Assembly (NCBI GenBank): GCA_000091205.1
Contig: AP006489.2
Length of the DNA stretch: 64,000 nucleotides
Origin: Cyanidioschyzon merolae
Lineage: Eukaryota
Reading direction: 5' to 3' (one strand)
Part shown: piece by piece, positions 25,431 to 34,874 of the stretch
Layout: every line of letters starts with the position of its first letter
Numbering within the stretch: position 1 is the stretch's first letter
Translations under genes and position numbers: made by a program
The notes under the pieces: generated by a model
What the model was told of the DNA's origin: nothing
The model's database searches: none
What the model saw: only the letters and a program-made list of their open reading frames with translations

Positions 25431-27689
25431 TTGCCCGTGGCTCTTAGGAAGCGTTTCGGTCGGCACGGGGCGTTTCCCATGACTGACGAGCACCAGTCGG
25501 GCACAGCGTGTCAGAGCTCAGCGAGGAAACCGCCCAAGGGAGGTCTGCGACGAAGCACACGCAGCAGGATTCGGGAAGCTCCACCCGAAGACTCACCAGC
25601 GTTGCCGACGCCGCGTACGCCGCAATGGCAGGCCAAGGCGCCCGCTGAAACGCTCTGGAGCCCTTGGCGGGATCAAATAGAGACTGGTTTGGGGTTCGAA
25701 ACGCCGAAAAACTCCGGTAAAGGGGATCGTCGTCGAGGTCACCGTCGAGAGCAGCGGACCAGGCCGGCAGCCGACAAGCGACGCGTTCGCTGGGCGGCCT
25801 CAGTGCGTGGGAAACGCCCGCCGCTGCTCTCGATAGCTGTATCGGTGGCTGGCTGGATCACGCTGGTTATCGTTGCGGTACTTCTTCTGGTGCGTGGGCA
25901 AAAGTGGCAGCAACAGCAAGTGCTGTCGCTTCGGGCGACAACTCGGAGGTACGCGTACGCCACCCTGCTCTGTGATGATGAACGCATGCTCCGGGCAGTT
26001 GCGGCATTGGTGCACTCGCTTCGAGTCCGAGCAAACACCTCCTACCCGATCTTGGTGCTTACCACACCCAACTTGTCAACAGCGGCGTCACAGCATCTGG
26101 AGGCGCTTGGAGCAACAGTAATACGGCGCGAGCCGCTGCCGTATCCGTTTGCCCTGAACGCAGCCCGGCTCCGCGATAACAAACCCTGTCGCTATGCCAA
26201 GTTACACCTGTGGTCGTTAACAACATACGAAAAGATTGTGTTCCTTGATGGAGACACATTGGTTTTGGCACCAATTGATGATCTCTTTGAAAAGTATGAT
26301 GCGCTCGCTGCTGCTCCAGACCTCTATCCGGAGACGTTCAACTCCGGCGTGATGGTGCTCGAACCGCGCCACGATGTGTACGCCTCGATGTTGGCACGAT
26401 ATCGGGAGACACCCTCGTACAACTTGGGCGATCAGGGCTTTCTGAATAGTTTCTTTGGTGAGCAATGGAGAGCGAACCCGAAGCGTTTCCACTTGCCCCT
26501 GGAATACAACACGCTGCTGAAGCTGCGGGAGACCATTCTCTGGGCGAGCCTCCAGCGCCGCGTCCGTGTTGTCCATTTTACTGGAGAAACCAAACCGTGG
26601 AGCTGGCACTTGACCAATTTTCGTGACTGGGATCGTCATATCGATCCTGTCTTCTACTACGAATGGATTCAGATCGACCGATCAGCACGCAACTTATCAC
26701 TTGATGAACCGCACTGGGCCCGTTGCGCTCTGGAAGCCCAGACGCTAGCCATGCACAACGGGAGCCTTGGACAACGCTTTCCGCTTCGCGATCGCTACAG
26801 TGTGGTGCTCAGCACGTATAGCCGCGATGATTTGCTACATAAGCTGTTGCGCATTCATTATCGCCCTGGCCTGTTCCCTGGAAAACCCAAGTCGCGTCAG
26901 AAGGAACAAACATCGGACGCGAGTGCGCTGATCGATAAGGTATTCATTGTGTGGCATGATCCGCAGCGAACACCACCGCCGGACCTTCTTCGTAATCTGC
27001 CGCCGGATCGATTCCTGCTTGTTCAACAGCAGCAGGACTCGCTGAATAACCGCTTTAATCCTCTGGGGCCCGCTCTGCGCACACGAGCAGTGCTCATCGT
27101 CGATGACGATATTCGCATTCATCACGAGGATGCAGCATTCGCTTTCCGAGTCTGGCAGGATAATCCGAATGCGCTGGTTGGCTTCTTCCCGCGTTTTCAC
27201 CGGCGGCATCCTCAGACCGGAACGTATGAGTACCACATTGCTGAGCCCGTGGATCACGATGCGAACGCGAGTCACAGACAGTTCCGTCGCTACTCGATTG
27301 TGCTAACCAAGCACATGTTCATGCGCGCTGACTTTCTCTTCTACTATCGCTGCCTTCTGCCGGATGAACGCATTCATGCTTATGTCGACGAGCATCGGAA
27401 CTGCGAGGATATCGCTTGTCAGTGCATGGTGACCAGTATGGGTGGATCCGCTCCCATCGCCGTTCGTGCGGTGCACCCGGTCGAGGACTACGGCACCCCG
27501 GGTGTAGGCGTTGCCGGTGGTATCAGCGCATCACGGTCTCATTTGGGGTCCCGTTCCCACTGCATTGCGACCTTTTTAGAGACGTTTTGGAAAGGTTCAA
27601 ATGCCCTTCTTTATAATGACGTAATCATGGAGCGTTTTGTGAAGATTCCGTTTGAGAAAAAGCGACTGCGGGACCTGGCGAAAACGTGA
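25431..27689 (+). CDS. Bifunctional glycosyltransferase: N-terminal GT8 (glycogenin-like, DxD) domain fused to a C-terminal GT64 (exostosin-like) domain, with a type II membrane anchor
   Basis: 752-aa ORF. TM segment LLSIAVSVAGWITLVIVAVLLLV near aa 125-150. GT8 motifs YATLLCDDE..., KLHLWSLTTYEKIVFLDGDTLVL, FNSGVMVLEP. GT64 block SLNNRFNPLGPALRTRAVLIVDDDIRIHHEDAAFAFRVWQDNPNALVGFFPR matches the plant GT64 consensus SLNNRF...KTRAVLELDDDI...FRVWRE.P..IVGFYPR. Confidence 0.75.
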   Translation: MPVALRKRFGRHGAFPMTDEHQSGTACQSSARKPPKGGLRRSTRSRIREAPPEDSPALPTPRTPQWQAKAPAETLWSPWRDQIETGLGFETPKNSGKGDRRRGHRREQRTRPAADKRRVRWAASVRGKRPPLLSIAVSVAGWITLVIVAVLLLVRGQKWQQQQVLSLRATTRRYAYATLLCDDERMLRAVAALVHSLRVRANTSYPILVLTTPNLSTAASQHLEALGATVIRREPLPYPFALNAARLRDNKPCRYAKLHLWSLTTYEKIVFLDGDTLVLAPIDDLFEKYDALAAAPDLYPETFNSGVMVLEPRHDVYASMLARYRETPSYNLGDQGFLNSFFGEQWRANPKRFHLPLEYNTLLKLRETILWASLQRRVRVVHFTGETKPWSWHLTNFRDWDRHIDPVFYYEWIQIDRSARNLSLDEPHWARCALEAQTLAMHNGSLGQRFPLRDRYSVVLSTYSRDDLLHKLLRIHYRPGLFPGKPKSRQKEQTSDASALIDKVFIVWHDPQRTPPPDLLRNLPPDRFLLVQQQQDSLNNRFNPLGPALRTRAVLIVDDDIRIHHEDAAFAFRVWQDNPNALVGFFPRFHRRHPQTGTYEYHIAEPVDHDANASHRQFRRYSIVLTKHMFMRADFLFYYRCLLPDERIHAYVDEHRNCEDIACQCMVTSMGGSAPIAVRAVHPVEDYGTPGVGVAGGISASRSHLGSRSHCIATFLETFWKGSNALLYNDVIMERFVKIPFEKKRLRDLAKT

Positions 27690-28149
27690 TCGCTGCAGAG
27701 CTATCGCCAGTGCTGGTGCGGATGCAGAGGACCTGGACGCGCCCTCCAGTAGTCAAGCGTGCGAAGCATCGCGTCGGATCCAGTGAAGAGGTATTTTGTC
27801 GGCACTCGACTTGGCTGCTGGTGCAGGTTCTATGGTGCGCGGATCCTACGAGCAAGAGGGTCTGCACTCCAACCGTGGTGTAAGCGCTCGGCACACCCTC
27901 TATATTGCGTCAGGGGTTTAGGCTTCGCGTAGGTACACGGGCGAAGCGATCGTCGCATGCCTTGCGTCTGCGGGTTATACTGGCGAAGGACACGTGCGGA
28001 ATTCTGCTCGAAGATTCAAGAACTGTCGGCTAGGAGTTTGAACAGGAATCTGATTGTACCGTGCTTTGCGATGTGAATGCGATCGGGGAGTGCACCAAGA
28101 TGGCATTTGAATAAAATGCTCGTACATCGCTCCAGTTCTTGTTGTAGGT

Positions 28150-29523
28150 ATGTATCGGGTTCAAACGGGACGCTAAACGGCTCACTCTGTTCCTGTCTGT
28201 CGATTTCTTCGGAGTTCATTCCTGATTCGTACTGCAGTCTCGACGTGAGAAGCGCGACAATAACGGCTGGCGGATTCATGCCGAATCCAGGAATGCTCCA
28301 TCGACTTGTCAAGCTGGCGCGGTGGGTGCGCTCTCTCTCTCTCTCTCCGATCGAATACGTTCTATCGTCAGAGCAGAGATCACTCGCTACGCCCTCGAAC
28401 ACACACTCATACAATAACCGATATTCGGATGCAATGCATAGGCGCCCAGGCAGCCACGCTTCTCCTGTACGCACACGTAGCATACCCAGAGCAGGCGTGC
28501 TTCAAGTCTCCCGTCGTTCCGGTTCGAGGCAACTCGTGTACACGCGAACGACCAACGCTGGCACGACAAGACGAAACGCTTGACGTCACCGCTTGACGAC
28601 CTGTTCACAAGCTCGTGCCCGACGGTCGCTGAACTCGTCACGGCACACGACTGAGTCGCTTCGGAACGCAAGTGCTGCTCGCTGGGTGGCCACGGACGTC
28701 ACGGCACTCGACAGCGGCACGCTGTCTGTCAGGGGATATGCGGCCAGAGGCTTCCGTCCCTGGTGTTGCCGTGCAAAAGCGTCTCGGACTCGGACTGGAG
28801 TCATCGCGGTGATCGCTTCGAGTGGAGAACGCGTCACCGTTTTGTGCCAAAAGCGAACGTAGACGCTTCAGGAGTTCTGGACGTGTTCGCCAGCGCGAGT
28901 ATTGCCTGCAGCACCTGGTTCATCGTGGAAACCTGCGTCTCCGTTCCAGAAATCCTCTACGGAACGGAGACGCATGTGCCTGCTCGTGTGCAACGGACAC
29001 GGCACTCGACGAAGCGATCACCCGGAAGAAGCGCGTGACAGTGGCGTGCCTCACTAGTCGGAGAAGCGGCGGGTGCATCGACGGTAACCTTCGTCGCCCG
29101 TCCAGGGCGTGGACCTGGCGCTGAAGCGAGCGTTCACGAGACACAGGGTAGCGCTCTTGGGAGGGCGTGTGATGCTGGCGGTGCAGCGGTGCAGTGGTGC
29201 AGCGGTGCAGCGGTGCATATCTGGGTACACCCGGTCATAGCCTAGAGTGATCGCTGCGACCAGCGTACCGCGACCGTATACGAGGAAGACGAGCGTAGCC
29301 ATCCGAGTGCAGGTCGCAAGACAGGTGATCACTTTTTCCAGTTGCTGACGGCTGCTCTGAAGACGACAGATAGACCTGCGTACTTCGAGCCGGAAACACA
29401 CAGTTAGAGAATGAAGCAGTCCAAGGAAAAGACCCCAGAGGCTTCCGTAGATGATGCAACTGTAAACAGGTCGAAACATTTGTGGATCCACACGTGTTGG
29501 CGCACCCGTTCCCTTCCAGTCTG
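28150..29523 (+). mobile_element. Interspersed element family A, copy 3
   Basis: Same sequence, orientation and internal landmarks as copies 1 and 2. The first bases differ slightly (ttcaaacggga versus ttcaaatggga). The core module lies at about 28700-28845. Confidence 0.65.
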
Positions 29524-30033
29524 TCATAGGCGTGCAGTAACTTGTTCAGTGATGCATTCCGTTGATGAGGGTGCTCGCGGGCCGTCGCGACGTCAACGCC
29601 CACTTCAAGCAAGCTGCTGGATTCTTGACTTGCTTTCCGCGTTCCTTGCCAGATTTGTCTTGCATGAGCATGTAAGCTGGATCGTACAGAAACGTTGTAC
29701 AAAGCCTAGCGTGGATCAAAGTGCACTGCCCAGTGCCAATGCACGGCAAGTGCTCGCTTCGCATCAAGCGTACGCTGCGTAGCTCCTATGCTGAGAACAT
29801 GCTGGGAAACCGAGCGCTTTACCTTTCACAGGCACGTGCCAAGCACGGGCTACGGCACTGCGTCTTCAGCTGCACAGGCGTTCGTGACAGTGTCGTATCG
29901 CATGAAAATGCAAGCGCTCTTTCTCGCAGTACAAGAGACAACCAGCACGGGTACCATATCGATCGTGATGACGCGTTTATGCTGCCACTTGGCGCCTGTC
30001 ACGCAGCTGGTCAGGTTGCAAGATAGCCAATGA

Positions 30034-30558
30034 CTACACCCGCTTGCGCTCGGTGTTGTGTTGTTTGATAGCTGCCCTGTTCGCAAGTTTGAGTAAACGT
30101 TGTAGCTGCTCTGATCCAAGCAGTCGCACGGCTTCCTGGAGGCCCCGTTCTGATCGTAAACTTTCGAAGCGTTCTTGTAGAACCCGCAGCGGTACGTTCT
30201 TTTCTTCAGAGAGCAGTGTCCATAGCCATTCAGGGTAGGCGGATAACGGCTGCTTTGGCGGTCCTGTTTCGCCCTTGACAATATTAAGCGCGCTCCAGGT
30301 AGTCTCCGTGGCTTCTGACGCCAGCTGGTCTGTGCTTGTTGCGTCGGGAGCTGGACTCGGCTTTTCCGCTCGGTCTGGAGCCTGCTTTCGCGTTTTGGTT
30401 GCAACCCCGCGCCGCACAAGGAACTGGAACCGCTGCCTCAAGGCCCGTACGACGTCTAGCCCTTGCATTCCGTATCCGACGACACCTTCTGACGCAAATA
30501 GAAAAGAAGTTTGGCACCAATGAACGGCAACTACTGCTTTAACAGCGCGCAGCGTCAA
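30034..30558 (-). CDS. Mitochondrial ribosomal protein L54 (mL54)-like small protein
   Basis: 174-aa ORF whose C-terminal half AYPEWLWTLLSEEKNVPLRVLQE...QLQRLLKLANRAAIKQHNTERKR resembles the mL54 signature (YPEWLFEMNLGPPKTLEEL...[21 protein letters not shown]). The N-terminus is basic and presequence-like. The true start could be an internal Met. Confidence 0.5.
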   Translation of the reverse strand: MTLRAVKAVVAVHWCQTSFLFASEGVVGYGMQGLDVVRALRQRFQFLVRRGVATKTRKQAPDRAEKPSPAPDATSTDQLASEATETTWSALNIVKGETGPPKQPLSAYPEWLWTLLSEEKNVPLRVLQERFESLRSERGLQEAVRLLGSEQLQRLLKLANRAAIKQHNTERKRV

Positions 30559-31350
30559 GAGCGGTACAATCGACTGAAGAGCATGCGCTTAGGCCATTCG
30601 AACGCTCGTTCACGCGCTCTGCATGAAGCGAACACCGCATGCCGCTCCGGTCGACAAGGCGCTCACAGTGTCGAAACGAGTCCTGACACACACATTGCAC
30701 CTGTTGCTTTATGTCGTGGCTCACGTCATGCCTGGCAGTAGAGACCAGCGAGCACTGGAAAAGTCAGACCGCATCGCATCTGCTCTTCCGCGTATAAGCT
30801 GTCTTGTGGAACGAAATTGTGGACGAAAAATGCCAGAGGTATGTGGACTGCTGGCAGCCCTGCTTGACAACCACCTAGGAACAGTTGCTTGACGACATGC
30901 GTCGAGGTGAGCGTTGCTAGGCAAGACCTGCTCGAGTGCGAAGCATCGCGATCCCTCACGACATCCTATATATTATGATTACTTGGTAGCGAACAATGCT
31001 TCTACTGAACCGTGAGCGTCTACATCGCATTTGACAAGATGAAAGACGTATTTAACTGGACAAAATCAGGGAGAATCGGCTTGCCCGATGAGCGCCTGAG
31101 CACCAATCGCAGCGGTGCACGATTTGATCGCTTTCGAGTCGTGGAAAGCGGTTTGGTCCGAGGGCCGAATCGCGGCCCCTTGAATGAGATGCCATGACGC
31201 GCTTCAACCCTGATTGCGTTCATGAACGATGCTATCGCTTTGGCGGTTTGGATGCAACCACGCAACTGAATCACCGCTAGGTCTGATGTCGTCGGAACGT
31301 TCGCTTGACTCCTCTTTTCGAATAGCGAGTTGCACTTTGTTGCTTGTTCA

Positions 31351-31878
31351 TAGACAGGTCTAGCATTTTGTTGGAGTGATCGCTTACGGAATGAGCCGAG
31401 TACTTGTCCCCACTGAAATATTATGATTTAGAAACTCGTAGACAGGTCTAGCATTTTGTTGGAGTGATCGCTTACGGAATGAGCCGAGTACTTGTCCCAA
31501 CTGAAATATTATGATTTAGAAACTCGTAGACAGGTCTAGCATTTTGTTGGAGTGATCGCTTACGGAATGAGCCGAGTACTTGTCCCCACTGAAATATTAT
31601 GATTTAGAAACTCGTAGACAGGTCTAGCATTTTGTTGGAGTGATCGCTTACGGAATGAGCCGAGTACTTGTCCCAACTGAAATAATATGATTTAGAAACT
31701 CGTAGACAGGTCTAGCATTTTGTTGGAGTGATCGCTTACGGAATGAGCCGAGTACTTGTCCCAACTGAAATAATATGATTTAGAAACTCGTAGACAGGTC
31801 TAGCATTTTGTTGGAGTGATCGCTTACGGAATGAGCCGAGTACTTGTCCCAATTGGAATATTATGATTTATAAACGGA
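31351..31878. repeat. Tandem satellite of six 88-bp units (tagacaggtctagcattttgttggagtgatcgcttacggaatgagccgagtacttgtccc[c/a]actgaaata[t/a]tatgatttagaaactcg)
   Basis: The tagacaggtc motif recurs at 31351, 31439, 31527, 31615, 31703 and 31791, an exact 88-bp period. Units are head-to-tail with no spacers. The last unit degenerates (aattggaatattatgatttataaacgg). Confidence 0.9.
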
Positions 31879-34874
31879 CAAATTGGATCACCTGTTGATC
31901 GACACGCAGCGGGCTCCCGGTGAAGCACTCGCTTACGCTTACCCATCCGTATCTCTTCGTTGCCGGTCGTATGAACGGTACGGATTCTTCACAGGCTGTT
32001 CCCTCTTTGATAATAGCTCCTAGAGATAGTATGGAGTGAAATGATTTGACAAGGAGGCTATCATTTATACTGAGTTTCATACGTGCCGTTTGAGGTGCAC
32101 GACGTTCCAAACACCGACAACGAGAAGGATGGTGCATCCATATGCTGACCATACAGGGACAACCTTGAACGGATAAGGTCTTGTTTCGCTGCCTAGCAGC
32201 GACGGCTTCAAGTCTGGTCGGGGTACTTCTCCAGTCTACGGATTATATTCCTTTTGTCGAACGTCTTCATGAAAAACGAAAAAAAAACACAAAAAGTAGC
32301 GCTGGTACATGCGGTACAGAATGAGGTGCTCTGCGTACAAGGCGGTGCAGACCTGACGGTTCTCGTGGATGGTCTTTTTTTGGTTCCTTTTCGTTGGCAG
32401 GCAACCCTTCGGTGCGCTTCGATGCAAAAAGAACTTTTCCGATTCACGAAACCGACGGCTCAAATGCCGATGACGCTTCACGTGATGCCGGTGCTGGACA
32501 GGTTCTCTCCTCAATACGTGGCTGCCTGGCTCCTGTACGTTCATGCGTTGGACAGCGAGCGGAACTTTATGGTGAGTAGAGCATCACTAGCATCAGCTGG
32601 TGCCATTGCTCGCGCGCATCCTATGATGACTTCCGGTAGGTCTGTCTCTAGTACTGAACGCTCGACCAACAGACTCTCTTGTGGTAAGCACTGCGCTGAC
32701 ACCTCCATCGAGCCGTCATGTTCACTGACGTAAAAAATTCTGGCACGTGCGGAACCACGAGTCGAAGACGATGCCGTTATCCATGAGTGCGGTTCTTGTC
32801 GCCGCTAAAGCGCGAGTATCTCTTCGTGCTTGTGATGCCACATCCTCATGCAGTCAGTTTACGTGCGAGTCTCGCGATGGAGACACATCTGGACGTGCGG
32901 CTCGAGTCACTGCCCTCCGTTTATCGACGACGAGGATGCAGGGGAACGCCATCTGGAGCTCCACGCCCGACGGCGATAAGCGTAGGAGGATTCGAGTGTA
33001 GCACTTGTGACCAGGCAGCTTCACGCGTTGCGCACTTTGTCGTCCATGCTCATCTGCTCGGGGCGTTATCTTGCGCAGCGTAGAGGTCTCCACTGTACAC
33101 ATGTGGCGCCCCGCAGCGCGGTCCTGCAAAGAATCACATGAACAACGCTTTTGCGTACGCATCGCCTTGAGCAAAAGCGCTATTCCACAAATGAATGCCC
33201 TTAGCGTAAACGGAAATCCACCAAGGTAGCAAAAGCCTCTACGGCAATGCGTCTCCAGAGCGTGCGTTCCTGGCGATGCCTAGGCTTCGGCAGTGCCAGC
33301 ATTGCCTCTGAGGTCCAGCGACACCTGTCACCGCGTGGATCCCTCTCCCACTATCTGTAGATGCGGTCCTGCGGAAACAAAAGCAAACTGATCCGGCTCT
33401 AGTATGAAGCCAGCGCAACAGCGAGGCATCCATCAGCGAGCTCGAGTGCACCACGGATATGAACATGGATAAAATGCGACATTCGACGCAGTTTTGGTCT
33501 GCTCAAGTGTCGACACCTCAAACCAATATCTAGATGGGCGCCCGAACACCATTACCAGCCGTACCCCGCAAAGCGCCTCCCCAGGCCTGCGGTTTGCGGA
33601 TGACTCGCGTCGCAGCAAGCAGCTCTGGCAGGCCCGCCACCCAAACAGTCGCTGAGACTAGTTTCCAGGCATCAAAGAACGATTGTTCTGGGGATTCAGG
33701 TACAAAGAAGGCGTATCTTAAGGAACTTGGGTCTCTTTCCTGCTCCTCCATGGCACCCTCGCATAAAAGAGAACCGCGGTTCAATGCATGTATCTTATTC
33801 TATTTCCCAGCACGAGGGCTGCGCGCGCTTTTACGGGACGTCGAATCGTTCACATGAGCCAGAGGATCCCAAATAGCACGATGGTTATCCCAATTGATGT
33901 GCGCTTCCATTACGGAGCGCCCTACCTTCAGGTGCAGCTCCACGAGCACGATCGACCAATTCTTGCGGAGAGCACGCTGCTTCCGTACGAAGCTCACGGT
34001 ACCAAGCGACTGGTAGGAGCGCTCGCTATGAAACCGCACGAACACAGCGCATTTCTGCCATATAGTTTACTACGGACAAGAGCGCAAGAACCACGTGTAC
34101 ACGCACTCATAGTTCACTAGAACCGCCCCAGTGGGGCCACTTGAAACACACAGGCACCACTGTAGAACTTTTCCGTCGAGTACCTCAACGCGCTGCGTAC
34201 TGACGGGTGAACCACCGGCTTTCCGACACAGCATCGTTTCGAGGATGCACAAAGACGCTTTCCGGCGGTGACGGCGCTACTCAGTCAGTCAGTCTGTCTG
34301 TCTGTCAGTCAGTCAGTCTGTCTGCCACGAACCCGAGTATCAATGCCTGCACCTCGACAGTGCAACCTAGGTCGGCGTCAGCATCTGCTGCTACCGCTGG
34401 TGTATACTTGTGTGCGTGTGTGTGTGTGCAGTTATTGATGCTTGCCCGCGCTAGCCTAGACTTCTATAAAGCAGAACATCACTTTGCATGTGCAGTCGCA
34501 GTTCAAGTATCTGACGCTGAGAGCGGAGCGCCGTACAAACCGCGCGCCGCTCTGTGTTTTCGAAACGACGGCGAGTCACTTTCGATGCTGAGGGCCTGAA
34601 AGCTGCAGCTGCTTCGGGTCTGTTTCGGGAACCGACGCAACGGGTTGTAGGTGTTTCGCTCTGGACTGTCGGGAGGTTTTGCTACCTCAAGGACCTGGGC
34701 GTGGCAGGCGTGATAAGCAGAGCGCTTACCCTTACGCATTGCGTAGTCGCTCTAAAAAACTTGGGGTGTGCTCCAGGTCGAGATTTGTGAACTTGCCGTT
34801 CAAACCAAAGCCGTCAGAATAGCGTGTGGACAGGAAAGCAATACAACGCGACTAGTACCACCACCTAACAAGAG

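Noticed and set aside
18341-29523. Protein-coding genes inside family-A elements (ORFs such as 24499-25188, 229 aa, and the recurring ~90-170-aa ORFs on both strands)
   Set aside because: These ORFs recur identically because the DNA copies are identical, not because of coding constraint. They lack any recognisable motif, overlap one another in multiple frames, and one extends beyond the element boundary. This is typical spurious ORF content of GC-rich non-coding DNA.
29850-30419. 189-aa minus-strand ORF overlapping the mL54-like gene in another frame
   Set aside because: It overlaps 30034-30419 in an alternative frame and has no similarity. The mL54-like frame carries the recognisable motif.
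31351-31878. CRISPR array
   Set aside because: The 88-bp units are contiguous with no unique spacers between repeats. The unit is far longer than CRISPR repeats. The context is eukaryotic with no cas genes.
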